Positions 1-9,609 of a stretch of 64,000 nt of DNA are shown here, in pieces. Made by a program: the position numbers and the translations under genes. Source of the DNA: Nitrospira sp. (GTDB taxonomy: Bacteria; Nitrospirota; Nitrospiria; Nitrospirales; Nitrospiraceae); contig JARFPM010000004.1 of assembly GCA_030444405.1 (NCBI GenBank), positions 12,540 through 76,539 of the forward strand, written 5' to 3'. The notes beneath the pieces were generated by a model. That model ran no database searches. It was not told the origin of the DNA and saw nothing but the letters and a program-made list of their open reading frames with translations. Within the stretch, counting starts at the first letter, position 1, and every line of letters begins with the position of its first letter.

Positions 1-689
1 AGGCCGACACTTGCCATGAGCATCTTCAAGGCCTTGGTCGTATACAGATACCAGTGAAACGCTTGGTCATATTGCGAACCGATCCAGCGAGCGGGCGTCC
101 GCATCGGCAGATGAAACAGTCCGTTTGTGGCCCGTATAATCACGATCCCACCGGGTGCAAGGAGAGTCGCCACTTGTCCTAGCATGATCACCGGATCCGC
201 CACGGTTTCGAGCACGTTAATCAAGGTGACGACGTCAAAGTGCTGCGCCCACTCGCCCCTCTCAAGCGCGCGCGGCGACAAGATCGTCATCCCCTTTTGA
301 GCCGCGCGCATTGCGGCCTGTTTGGACAACTCGACTCCTGAACAGTTCCACCCTCCCTGCCGACAGAGGAGTAAGAATCCTCCATCTCCACATCCGACAT
401 CGAGTATGGATCCTGGTGGAGACCGATACAAAGACAGGTGCTTCAACACGCTCTGGTACACCGGCTGCCGATCCTCGGACGCCTCAACCGCTCCGTAGTC
501 GCCGTCGTAGGCTTCACGAAAATAGCCTTCTACCGATTCGCGAGTCGGACGAGGATAGAGAAACACGAGGTCACACGTTGGGCAGCGAACATATCGTCGT
601 GTTGGGGTATGAAACACCTCAACGGCCGGCACCATGGCTCCGCAAGGACATCCGACAACAGTTTCTTTGTTCGCAATTTCCGTGGTCAT
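1..689 (-). CDS. class I SAM-dependent methyltransferase with N-terminal Cys4 zinc ribbon; 3' end lies outside the window
   Basis: Absent from the ORF track because there is no stop in the window. Hand translation of the reverse strand from ATG 689-687 gives MTTEIANKETVVGCPCGAMVPAVEVFHTPTRRYVRCPTCDLVFLYPRPT...PPGSILDVGCGDGGFLLLC (SAM motif I). The frame stays open to base 1. ATGA start/stop overlap with the upstream glycosyltransferase gene. Confidence 0.8.
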   Translation of the reverse strand, partial: MTTEIANKETVVGCPCGAMVPAVEVFHTPTRRYVRCPTCDLVFLYPRPTRESVEGYFREAYDGDYGAVEASEDRQPVYQSVLKHLSLYRSPPGSILDVGCGDGGFLLLCRQGGWNCSGVELSKQAAMRAAQKGMTILSPRALERGEWAQHFDVVTLINVLETVADPVIMLGQVATLLAPGGIVIIRATNGLFHLPMRTPARWIGSQYDQAFHWYLYTTKALKMLMASVG

Positions 690-1861
690 GCCGCCTTTTT
701 GTGGACTTGTCCCTGAGCGACGTTTGAGGAACAACGCAACTCCGGCATCGCCTCTTCGATTACCCTGACCGTATCTTGAACCATCTTCCCCGCTGTAAAG
801 AGCGCTGCGACTTCTTTGTGCCCTGCCTTTCCCAAGCGAGCAGCCAAACACGGATCACGAAGCATGGTCCGAATCGCTGCTCCCAGTGCCTGGGGACTCT
901 GCGGCGGCACCAGCAAGCCAGTGATGCCGTCGTGGATGATCTCCGGAACACCATTGACATTCGTTGCCACGACAGGACGGGACATGGCCAGAGCTTCAAG
1001 CACCACAAAGGGAAACCCTTCAGAAAGAGACGGCAACACGACCACATCGGCTGCCGCATACCAGTCGACCAGCTCGTTCCGTACACCCACAAAACGGCAG
1101 GACTGCTCCACACCCTTCTCTCTTGCCAGATTCCGAAGCGCTTCTCGACAGTCGCCTTCTCCAACAAATAAACAGACGAGTGATGGCCACTCAGCCAACA
1201 CCCCGGGGAGGGCCTGGATCAGAAACCGATGCCCCTTTTGTTTCGTGAGTCTTGCAACGGTAAGAAGCACAGGCCCCTCGCCTACACACCATTCGTTCCT
1301 GATCTTGCCTCGGTTTCCAGGCACGGAGAACCAGACCGGATCGATCCCATTCCAGACCGTCCGCGTCAATGGAGCAGCAGCCGGACAGTCGATAAGCACA
1401 TCCCGCATAAGGGCATCCGACACACAAATAATTCGATCTGCCAGCGGAAGCGCCAGGCGCAGCAGATTCCGGTACATCCAGCGTTTAACGAGGCTCACGT
1501 CATAATCATGTATGGAGTTGTGTACGGTCGACACCACGCAGGGGACTCCCGCTAGCCAGGCAGCGAGACGCCCATACACATTCGCACGGGCCCCGTGGGT
1601 CTGAAGAATCCTGACGTTGTTTCGCTTCAACAACCACGTCAGGCGTATCAGTGCGAACGGGTTGAAGAGCGGCGCCAGATACACCACATCGGTCGGGACT
1701 CCTTTTGCCATCATCTTCCCGACAAACGGTCCAGGCTCCGGACAGATCAAGAGCGGAGCAAATTTTGTACGGTCCAACCTATCGAGGAGCAATTCCAGAT
1801 ACCGTTCCCCGCCGCCATAGCCAGCTGATCCGGCAAGCTCTGCTAAAACGACTGGCCGCAT
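686..1861 (-). CDS. glycosyltransferase family 4 (GT-B fold)
   Basis: ORF 686..1963. C-terminal GT1/GT4 block VVLPSLSEGFPFVVLEALAMSRPVVATNVNGVPEII. Start moved to MRPVVLAEL (ATG 1861-1859) because the upstream gene stops at 1843. Confidence 0.85.
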   Translation of the reverse strand: MRPVVLAELAGSAGYGGGERYLELLLDRLDRTKFAPLLICPEPGPFVGKMMAKGVPTDVVYLAPLFNPFALIRLTWLLKRNNVRILQTHGARANVYGRLAAWLAGVPCVVSTVHNSIHDYDVSLVKRWMYRNLLRLALPLADRIICVSDALMRDVLIDCPAAAPLTRTVWNGIDPVWFSVPGNRGKIRNEWCVGEGPVLLTVARLTKQKGHRFLIQALPGVLAEWPSLVCLFVGEGDCREALRNLAREKGVEQSCRFVGVRNELVDWYAAADVVVLPSLSEGFPFVVLEALAMSRPVVATNVNGVPEIIHDGITGLLVPPQSPQALGAAIRTMLRDPCLAARLGKAGHKEVAALFTAGKMVQDTVRVIEEAMPELRCSSNVAQGQVHKKAA

Positions 1862-2700
1862 GGTTTCCTTCCCACAATCAGAAGACTGCCGCGTAAATGC
1901 GGTACGAGATAGAACGGCCATTTGGCCCAATCGATGCCGTGCTGGCTCACAGACTGCCGGCATTGCTGTGTATCCTCGCCGAGAAAGAACCGGGACTCAG
2001 CGATGTCGAACCCGGTTTGGCGCAGTATGTCGACCAATTCATGCATGGCGTATTCGCGGGCATGGGGTCTCCACTCATCATCCGGATTGTTATATCCCGG
2101 TGGCGCAAGCCGGTCATTCGGCGTGCGCCCGATCAGAAGCTTGAACACATTCCCGATCCGTGTCACGTTCGGGGTCGTGAGCACCACATGTCCACCCGAT
2201 GGCAATAGGCGATAGGCTTCTGCGAGTAAATGGAACGGCGAGGTCAGATGCTCAATGATCTCCAGCGCAAACACGAGCTGTACCGAGGCATCTGGAAGAG
2301 GCACTTTCTCGGAATACCCTTTGCCCAGAAACTGCCCCCCTGCCGGATCGAGATTGACAGTATGAATGTCTACCTGCACATCTCGCTGCATGAAGTGAAC
2401 GAACTCGTCTGACACCATCAGACCTGCACCAAACAATTGAGCCGAGTGTGTGTAATTCAGCCTGCGCAAGAGTCTCAACAGGCTTCCAGGAAACGGGCCT
2501 AGATCGACGATCACCTGGTTCTCGGACGGCAATCTGCGTAAGCCACTCCTCAAGGCCACGTGCAATCGGTCTCGGCATTTCATTGCATGATGCATGGGAA
2601 TGGCAAAGCGTGTGTCGCCTTGCCCAAACGCCTCGTAGGAAGACGGCTGGTACGTCCTCAATAGCTCAAGAAAACGATGCCTGGTCAGTTCATATGACAT
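1843..2700 (-). CDS. class I SAM-dependent methyltransferase
   Basis: ORF 1843..2997. Motifs VIVDLGPFPGSLL, FALEIIEHL, GGHVVLTTPN. Start set at MSYELT (ATG 2700-2698), which shares one base with the TGA of the upstream gene (TGATG). Confidence 0.75.
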   Translation of the reverse strand: MSYELTRHRFLELLRTYQPSSYEAFGQGDTRFAIPMHHAMKCRDRLHVALRSGLRRLPSENQVIVDLGPFPGSLLRLLRRLNYTHSAQLFGAGLMVSDEFVHFMQRDVQVDIHTVNLDPAGGQFLGKGYSEKVPLPDASVQLVFALEIIEHLTSPFHLLAEAYRLLPSGGHVVLTTPNVTRIGNVFKLLIGRTPNDRLAPPGYNNPDDEWRPHAREYAMHELVDILRQTGFDIAESRFFLGEDTQQCRQSVSQHGIDWAKWPFYLVPHLRGSLLIVGRKPCGQSF

Positions 2701-4031
2701 CACACACTCGTTGTCTGTGGAGAGACTCGTCTCTGAAAAAGCAAAGATCGCACGGTCTGACGGTGCGGTATCAAAGCCACCGAAAGCATCATGAAGCATG
2801 GTAATACGGGCAACGCATAGCGACCAGCTTCCACGGTGAATGGAACATAGCCCGCCGTGAGTCCTACCGGAAAGAGATAGAGCGGCAGAAGATCCCGCCA
2901 TCGCTTTCGATAAACCCAGGCGCTGCACATGGCGACAAATATAAATCCAGGCATCAAGAAAAGTCGCTTGAGCAGACTGTAGATTGCCACGGCCCATCCT
3001 CGCTCGACAGCATCCGTCCGTAATCCCTGCACCAGACCGCCCTCCTCATTGACTAGATAGAACGAGTTGCCGATCCAGAAATCCCACACCCTTGTGAAGG
3101 TCAAACCGACATAGCCGATAGGGTCGGCTGCGATCCGACTCATGCCTTTTTTGCGCAACAGCTGATCGGTCTGCACATCGTACATCGCGTGCGCATAGGG
3201 GAGCGGGGTGATGCCGGCACTCTCCCAGATAGCTTGCTCGCGCGCCGGCGGCATCGGCCAACTTCCTCGAGAAACCGGATCACTGCCCATCCATAATCCC
3301 GCCCCCACCCCGGCTGACACAGGAATGATGTGATGAAATACGACGTAGTTTCGTACTGACCACGGCGCGACCAGCGTAAGGCAGGTCGCGCCATACACAA
3401 GGACGTAGGCCATCTTTTGCGAAAGTCGATCTGTGCTGACCCATATGAGCCCCGTCAGAAGCACCGCCAGAACCAGAACCACTGGTTTGCATAGGATGGT
3501 TAAGCCAGCTACGAGACCCATGAACGCATATTGACGTTGAGATGGGCTCTGGCCACACATGATAGCGGCCCACAGCCAGACGCTGATCAAAAGGGTGAGA
3601 AGCGCTTCGCTCCGAATCCTCGGATCATATGTCCAATAGGCGGGATAGATGAACACGAGAGCGGCGGTCCAAGCCCCGACCCATGAGCCCCACAATGCGG
3701 TTCCGACTCGATAGATACACCACGCAGTGCCAAGATCGAACAAGACGTGTAGAATCGGTACCCATTCCGGGCGATGGCCCACCACGACATAGAAGCATGC
3801 AAGCACCGCTGGATAGAGGGGACCAACGTGTGCAGCCGGATTGACTCCGTCGAGTGTGAACTGGTGGAGGGTCGCCAGATTCCACGCCAACGTATCGAAC
3901 AATTGATCGACGGCAAACGCATGGCCAGGAGCATGCCAAATGACCAAGGCTCGGGCGAAGAGACCGACAACAATTGCAGAGAGAAGGAGCATCAGGGGTT
4001 TCCCTATGATTGGATAATCGGAAGAATTCAT
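2700..4031 (-). CDS. polytopic membrane glycosyltransferase, GT39/ArnT-like (PMT_2 type)
   Basis: 443-aa ORF with many hydrophobic segments. Acidic first loop AVDQLFDTLAW, GPLYP motif, and an overall pattern typical of undecaprenyl-phosphate-sugar dependent GT-C transferases. Confidence 0.7.
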   Translation of the reverse strand: MNSSDYPIIGKPLMLLLSAIVVGLFARALVIWHAPGHAFAVDQLFDTLAWNLATLHQFTLDGVNPAAHVGPLYPAVLACFYVVVGHRPEWVPILHVLFDLGTAWCIYRVGTALWGSWVGAWTAALVFIYPAYWTYDPRIRSEALLTLLISVWLWAAIMCGQSPSQRQYAFMGLVAGLTILCKPVVLVLAVLLTGLIWVSTDRLSQKMAYVLVYGATCLTLVAPWSVRNYVVFHHIIPVSAGVGAGLWMGSDPVSRGSWPMPPAREQAIWESAGITPLPYAHAMYDVQTDQLLRKKGMSRIAADPIGYVGLTFTRVWDFWIGNSFYLVNEEGGLVQGLRTDAVERGWAVAIYSLLKRLFLMPGFIFVAMCSAWVYRKRWRDLLPLYLFPVGLTAGYVPFTVEAGRYALPVLPCFMMLSVALIPHRQTVRSLLFQRRVSPQTTSV

Positions 4032-4768
4032 TTGATACAGATCCCGATTAAATTGGTATCGTCTGCAATCCCTTCGCGATACTCGATATCGTCAGGAACA
4101 ATTTCATGTAGGGCCGGCCCTCCCTGTACTCGACTAATCACGCTTCCGAGCCAATGACGAATAGGTCGCGGAACGCAATTGCGGAGTCCCGCGGGATCCA
4201 AATTGCGCACGGTATCCATGGAGCGTTCAACCGTCTTGAGGCGATGTCCTTGGCGACGACCGTACCAGCGAATCGTTGGAAAATGGGGTGCGAGCAGGGC
4301 CTTGAATTCCTCATGCGTATATTCACGAACGTGATAGGGATCGTTGGGAATCACGCCCCGACCCTTTCCGTGCGGCGTGAAGATGACGAGCACGCCGTTT
4401 GATTTCAGCACCCGAGTCAGTTCAGACACAAAACGATGATCATCCTGGATATGCTCGATCGTGTCCTGCGAAACAATGCAGTCGAATGACGCATCACGGA
4501 AGCCCAATGCGCACCCATCCATCGCGAGAAATGCCACGTTCGATCGAGGATAATCAGCCCGGCTGTTAGCCACCACGTCCAGGGCACAGTCGATGCCCAC
4601 GATTCGACCAGCACGGGCACCCAAATAGTCGCTGCCGTAACCGGTTCCACATGAAAGGTCTAGAACGCACCGCTGTTCAAGCGGCCCAAGTTGGCGAGCC
4701 GCCCACACATACCCAGAGAAATTCACCACATGTTGCGTATCGGTCGGATAAGCTGCTCTTCGTTCCAC
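4028..4768 (-). CDS. class I SAM-dependent methyltransferase (Methyltransf_11 type)
   Basis: VLDLSCGTGYGSDYL (motif I), VGIDCALDVV, FDCIVSQDTIEHIQD, NGVLVIFTP. ATGA overlap with the downstream GT39-like gene. Confidence 0.85.
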   Translation of the reverse strand: MERRAAYPTDTQHVVNFSGYVWAARQLGPLEQRCVLDLSCGTGYGSDYLGARAGRIVGIDCALDVVANSRADYPRSNVAFLAMDGCALGFRDASFDCIVSQDTIEHIQDDHRFVSELTRVLKSNGVLVIFTPHGKGRGVIPNDPYHVREYTHEEFKALLAPHFPTIRWYGRRQGHRLKTVERSMDTVRNLDPAGLRNCVPRPIRHWLGSVISRVQGGPALHEIVPDDIEYREGIADDTNLIGICIK

Positions 4769-4783
4769 GTCAGATCGCTCCTC

Positions 4784-5746
4784 CTACTGTCCCGCCGCCG
4801 CTCCTGCCATCTGTGGTTGATCTTCCGTTGCCGTCCTCTGCCATAGACGTCGCACAACAGACCAATGGGCCTCGGCGGGCTGTCGTTCTCCCGCCACACT
4901 CGGCCCGTGCAGCAGCCGCACTACAGCGCCGACGGCGATCCACATTTTCATGATGAACCGTTTCAACGGAGAAAAATGCCGCTCTACGTAGCGGATACGG
5001 CTGAACTCCCATACGAGGTTGAGTCGGGTACGGTCTCGCTCTCCGCTCCGGCTGATCAGATGCACGATGTCGGCGTCGGCCAAGTGCCGAACACGATAGC
5101 CGCGCTGGTGAAGAGCTTGGCAGAAATCGACATCTTCAAAATACATAAAATAGCCTTCATCCAACCCACCGCATAACTTCATAAGATCCGTCCGGACCAT
5201 CAAACAGGCTCCATTGATCCAGTCCACGTCTTGTGATTTCGCGCAGTCGATGGCCTGCTCCGCCGCCAGCGCCTCTTGCCACGCCGGGGCGAGCTTGCGA
5301 AAAAACGCAGCGTGTCTGAGATGGTCATGGACCGACGGAAAGTGAAAGCACGATTGGTACAGCTGACCGTCTCCCGTCCATTGTTTGCACCCTACAGCGC
5401 CAATCTCCGGCTCCCCATCCAGACAAGCCGCCATCCGATCCAAGGCCTGTTTCAGCACACGTGTGTCGCTGTTCAGCATAAGCAGATATCGCCCAGAGCT
5501 GACGGCCAGTGCCTGATTCACAGCTTTTGAGAACCCCCGATTCTCTTGGTTCACGATGAGCCGTACCGAGGGATATTCAGCGTGAACTGCATCCACTGTC
5601 TCGTCTTTGGAGTTGTTGTCGACGACGATCACTTCGAATCGGATCTCTCGCGTGGATTCGAACACCGACCTGAGACAATCGAGCATGAGCACTTTGGTGT
5701 TATAACTCACGATCACAATAGAGAGATCCACGGAGCCGTCAGACAT
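4784..5746 (-). CDS. glycosyltransferase family 2
   Basis: ORF 4784..5776. LSIVIVSYNTKVLMLDCLRSV, VIVVDNNSKDET, DxD-like FEDVDF. Start set at MSDGSVDLS (ATG 5746-5744), overlapping the TAA of the flippase gene by one base (TAATG). Confidence 0.85.
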   Translation of the reverse strand: MSDGSVDLSIVIVSYNTKVLMLDCLRSVFESTREIRFEVIVVDNNSKDETVDAVHAEYPSVRLIVNQENRGFSKAVNQALAVSSGRYLLMLNSDTRVLKQALDRMAACLDGEPEIGAVGCKQWTGDGQLYQSCFHFPSVHDHLRHAAFFRKLAPAWQEALAAEQAIDCAKSQDVDWINGACLMVRTDLMKLCGGLDEGYFMYFEDVDFCQALHQRGYRVRHLADADIVHLISRSGERDRTRLNLVWEFSRIRYVERHFSPLKRFIMKMWIAVGAVVRLLHGPSVAGERQPAEAHWSVVRRLWQRTATEDQPQMAGAAAGQ

Positions 5747-7233
5747 TACACCCCTACCCGCGATTGATAGTTCCATAGTGTCTGGAGCCGCGGCCGCTCA
5801 ACCCACCAGAGATACCACCCGAATACTCCGGCCATCACCATGGCTAAGATCTCCGGCGTCCACGGTATAGCGATACGATTCTGACCTGCTCCGCTCAACA
5901 GCAATGCACCGGCCACGAAACCAATGAGTCCGGTTCGCCCAAGCGACGCAAACGTCTGGTTGGTCGACGTGCCAAGAAGTCGCCGCGTCTCCACCGCTTG
6001 CAGTACTGTGCCAAACACAAAGCTGGCCGTCAGCGAGATCGCGGCGCCGAACACTCCGAGTAATAACGTCATTGGAACGATCATCGTCATGTACAGAGCA
6101 CATTGTGCGACCCAACTGTTCACCTGAAGATCGGGTCGTCCCACGCCATAGTGCAATGAGGCCATGACGCTGGCATAACCAGCGCAGACAGAATAAATGC
6201 AAAAGACTTGTAGCGAGTCGCTGATGCTGGTCCATTGCGTACCGAACACAATCGGGACCATGATGGGCGCCAACGAACCTATCGTGACGGCAAGTGGAAT
6301 ATAGACGATGCCGATAAGCCCCATCTGCAGATCGAAGACACGAACCAGACCGAGTTGATCCCGCTGCAATGACGCATAGGTCGGCACGCTGATTTGCTGC
6401 ATGAGCGCTGTGGCACGAGCACCGATCAAGAGCGGAATCGCGAGTGCCACCTGATACAATCCCAACGACTCTGCCCCCAGTAGATAACCGATCACCAGCT
6501 CTCCCCCGGTCATGACGCCGAAGGCGCACAGCGTGGTCAGGTTCAACTGTCTGCCGTACTGCACAAAATAGGAGAGCGCTGATCTCTTGAAAGACCAAGA
6601 GGGAACAAACGGTGCGATTCGGAAAGAAAGAAGGCTCCCGATCATCAAGCCAACCAACTGTCCGATGACCAGCGCCCAGACGGTCCGGTAGAGGATGGCG
6701 ATGGTAAGAGTAACGACTGCTTCAACGACGCGCCGGACGACGTCGAGCGCGACTCTTCGGCGCAAGTCGAGTTTCTTCATCATGAGCGCCAATGCCGGAC
6801 TTTGGAGGCTTTGGATGATCAGGGCCCATGCATGGACTCGCAGTAGAGACTCCAGTGGCGACATGCGCATGACCTCACCGATCACGCCTGCCAGGATCCA
6901 GATTCCAGTTGCTATCAAGATCCCTCTGGCGACAGCCAGTGTCCAGGCCGCGGCGAGGTCGTCTTCGTTGACAATCTCTTTGGCAATAAGTGCCGAGTCC
7001 AACCCCAGCTCACTGATCGTGAGCATCATCAGCAATACGGCAGCAGAAGCTGCCATCACACCGAAATCAGCAGGAGTCAGAATTCTCACCAGTACCGCCA
7101 ATTGAACAGCTGCGATCACTTTATCGAGCAGGAATCCTCCTCCGGTCCACCAACCGGCTCGGAGAATCCGATGGCGTAAACGCAACGGACTCGATTCAGG
7201 ATCCTGAATATGCATCGCTGACAAGCCAGCCAT
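5746..7233 (-). CDS. polysaccharide flippase, Wzx/MOP superfamily
   Basis: ORF 5746..7296 with about 12-14 hydrophobic segments, typical of a lipopolysaccharide/EPS biosynthesis flippase. Start uncertain (MAGLSAMH at 7233 or MHIQD at 7215). Confidence 0.75.
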   Translation of the reverse strand: MAGLSAMHIQDPESSPLRLRHRILRAGWWTGGGFLLDKVIAAVQLAVLVRILTPADFGVMAASAAVLLMMLTISELGLDSALIAKEIVNEDDLAAAWTLAVARGILIATGIWILAGVIGEVMRMSPLESLLRVHAWALIIQSLQSPALALMMKKLDLRRRVALDVVRRVVEAVVTLTIAILYRTVWALVIGQLVGLMIGSLLSFRIAPFVPSWSFKRSALSYFVQYGRQLNLTTLCAFGVMTGGELVIGYLLGAESLGLYQVALAIPLLIGARATALMQQISVPTYASLQRDQLGLVRVFDLQMGLIGIVYIPLAVTIGSLAPIMVPIVFGTQWTSISDSLQVFCIYSVCAGYASVMASLHYGVGRPDLQVNSWVAQCALYMTMIVPMTLLLGVFGAAISLTASFVFGTVLQAVETRRLLGTSTNQTFASLGRTGLIGFVAGALLLSGAGQNRIAIPWTPEILAMVMAGVFGWYLWWVERPRLQTLWNYQSRVGV

Positions 7234-7256
7234 TGTCTTTGGACGTCGTGACGTGT

Positions 7257-8444
7257 TTAAGCCGCCGCTTTCATTCCGGCAATCGCGTGATAGCAAACCC
7301 GTTCAAGTTGCGCAGCGCGCGCCGCCCACGTATGAGATCGGACCACAGCCGTTCGTCCTCGTTCGCCCATACTTTTGCGAAGGTCCTGGTCAACTAGTAG
7401 ACAAAGAAGTTGACGAGCAAGATCGGTGGGATCATCTGCTTTAGCTGACAAACCACAGCGTAACTCTTCCACCGTCTCCCCATATCCGGGGCCGGCTGTT
7501 GCAACAACAGGGCGCCCACAAGCCAAGTATTCCCACAGCTTCATTGAATCCCCGGGATAGGAACGAGTCTGCCGATGCAGCACGACACAGACATCCGAAG
7601 CCGCGATCCATTTTGGGACCATGTCAAAGTCGACACGCCCGGTGAATTGAACGTGGGCCGAGAGTTGTAGTCGTTGAACCTGTTCTTCGAGAGCTCTCTT
7701 CGTTCGCCCATCTCCGATCAAGAGACATTGGACCGTCGGGCATGACTTCACGACGGCGGCAATGGCGTCAACAAGCGTGTCGAGGCCATGCCAGGGGAAG
7801 AACCCACCCACAAACACGATGTAGGGACCCTGAGCGGTGAGACCGAGTTCTGCTCTGACTTTTTCCTGAGGCTGTGGAAAGAAGCGATCCGGATCTACTC
7901 CGTTTCTGATGACCGAGCATCGGTTTACATCCACAGGTTCTAGGTTTCGCAGCCCAACCAATACCTCAGGACACACACTCACCAATGCAGTTGCTTTTCT
8001 CGATGCGAGACGAAGGCCATGGGTCAACCATTCACGAAAAGGAGGGCGGCGCCACAGACCCTGGACTTCTTCAAGGGGAAGGCCGTTCACAAAATACACA
8101 ACCGGACAGGTGCTGTTTCTGAGTGCCCAGAGCGGGGCCATCTGCCCCGGTGAATCAAACCACAACAACACCTCCGGACGGCTTGCCAGCAAGAGCTCTT
8201 TCAACATCGCCAGAGAACCCCAGAAAAAAGAAAAAGGGCGTAGCCCACCCCACCGTACAACCGGGACAAACGCAGTGTGCACCTGAGTCGACGGCGTGAG
8301 GGCGACTCTCTGTTGTTCGGATTGCGGAGCCACTAGGGTGACTTCATGGCCGGACAATGCGAGTGCATTGGCTAGTTCCAGCACTTGTCGGGAGCCACCG
8401 GCCGCCACCCCGATGTCTTCATCACAGTACGCGAGAATGTGCAT
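7257..8444 (-). CDS. glycosyltransferase family 4
   Basis: ORF 7257..8471. MHILAYCDEDIGVAAGGSRQVLELANALA N-terminus, GT-B C-terminal block DVCVVLHRQTRSYPGDSMKLWEYLACGRPVVAT. Confidence 0.85.
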   Translation of the reverse strand: MHILAYCDEDIGVAAGGSRQVLELANALALSGHEVTLVAPQSEQQRVALTPSTQVHTAFVPVVRWGGLRPFSFFWGSLAMLKELLLASRPEVLLWFDSPGQMAPLWALRNSTCPVVYFVNGLPLEEVQGLWRRPPFREWLTHGLRLASRKATALVSVCPEVLVGLRNLEPVDVNRCSVIRNGVDPDRFFPQPQEKVRAELGLTAQGPYIVFVGGFFPWHGLDTLVDAIAAVVKSCPTVQCLLIGDGRTKRALEEQVQRLQLSAHVQFTGRVDFDMVPKWIAASDVCVVLHRQTRSYPGDSMKLWEYLACGRPVVATAGPGYGETVEELRCGLSAKADDPTDLARQLLCLLVDQDLRKSMGERGRTAVVRSHTWAARAAQLERVCYHAIAGMKAAA

Positions 8445-9609
8445 GCCGGATGACTCCCAGGTCCTGGCCAACCCATTGACGCAGTTGCTCTACGATCGCC
8501 GTCCAGGAGAACCTCGTTTCGACAAATTGGCGCCCCTGCCTACCCAACACCGCACACAGACCAGGATCGTTCAACAGGGCAAGGATCGCATCGGCCAGCG
8601 GACTCGGATCGTCCGGCTGGACAAGCTGCACACCACTGTCCGAAGTAAATGTTGATACGACGCTCGGGATCGCGCTTGCGACAACCGGACGATGACAGGC
8701 TAAATAGTCAAAGAGTTTCACCGGCGACGTTTCTCCTCGATCCCCGCGGAATGGTGCAACACACACGCTCATGGCACCAATCCAAGTTGGCACCTCCCAG
8801 TAAGGGACTCGACCAACCCACATAATACTGCCATCGAGTCCCATCCCCTTGGCCTGTTGTTTCAGTTCTTCCGTCGCTTCCCCGTCCCCCACAAAGAGTA
8901 GCTCAGCCGCGGGATAGACCCGTTTGACAAAAATCATCGCGTCGAGCAGACAAGCCAACCCCTGGTATCGATAGAAGCTTCCTACGAACCCAACGTATGG
9001 ACAATTCGGCACAAGACCCAGTTCTAGGCGACAGGCCACCGCATCTCGCGCGGCAAACCGTTGCACATCGGTTCCACTCGGAAGGACGACGATCCGCTCG
9101 AGCGGGACCCCATACCGTTCCTGAAGCAATGCCCGCAACCCCTCCGTCAGAACAACAACGCGATCGCAGCGTTTCAACGCCAGCTGCGCCAACAGATGCT
9201 TGAACCCACGTACGAACTTTCTCTGGTTCCCAGGCCATTGGGGAACCGGTTCGCCGTTGACTTCGCAGACGCACGGCACGCGGAACAATTTGGCTAAGAT
9301 CAGCGCATGCGGACTGTCCATCCACCGGTAGTACACGATATCCGGTCTGGTCACGAGCGCCCGCATCAGGCCACGCATGAACGACAGTAGTGCGTACGAC
9401 AGCGGACGCACCAGCGGCAGATGGATCAGATGAATCGGAACGACGGCGCAAGCCCGTTGTATCAATGCCGACCGATACCGAGGTGGAAAGACCGTCACCC
9501 TGTCCCCCACTTTGGCCAGGGTATCGGCCAACCTCCAGATTCGGACCAGTCCGACCGGATCATGCGGGGCATCCGGCTCATACCAATAGCAAAAGAGAAA
9601 CCACGTCAC
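8422..9609 (-). CDS. glycosyltransferase family 4
   Basis: ORF 8422..9690. C-terminal block SVCVAPFRGDRGETSPVKLFDYLACHRPVVAS. Probable GTG start at 9609-9607, forming a GTGA overlap with the stop of the Wzy-like gene (9606-9608). Confidence 0.8.
   Translation of the reverse strand: MTWFLFCYWYEPDAPHDPVGLVRIWRLADTLAKVGDRVTVFPPRYRSALIQRACAVVPIHLIHLPLVRPLSYALLSFMRGLMRALVTRPDIVYYRWMDSPHALILAKLFRVPCVCEVNGEPVPQWPGNQRKFVRGFKHLLAQLALKRCDRVVVLTEGLRALLQERYGVPLERIVVLPSGTDVQRFAARDAVACRLELGLVPNCPYVGFVGSFYRYQGLACLLDAMIFVKRVYPAAELLFVGDGEATEELKQQAKGMGLDGSIMWVGRVPYWEVPTWIGAMSVCVAPFRGDRGETSPVKLFDYLACHRPVVASAIPSVVSTFTSDSGVQLVQPDDPSPLADAILALLNDPGLCAVLGRQGRQFVETRFSWTAIVEQLRQWVGQDLGVIRHAHSRVL

Noticed and set aside
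311-727. Plus-strand ORFs 311..727 and 438..716 at the window start
   Set aside because: They lie antisense to a well-supported methyltransferase frame (SAM motif I, zinc ribbon) that stays open across 1-689 on the minus strand. Their translations are Arg/Pro-rich with no motifs.
5798-6598. 266-aa alternative-frame minus-strand ORF inside the flippase gene
   Set aside because: It is on the same strand but out of frame with the 12-14 TM flippase ORF. Its translation is Arg-rich and non-hydrophobic, which is inconsistent with the membrane protein expected here.
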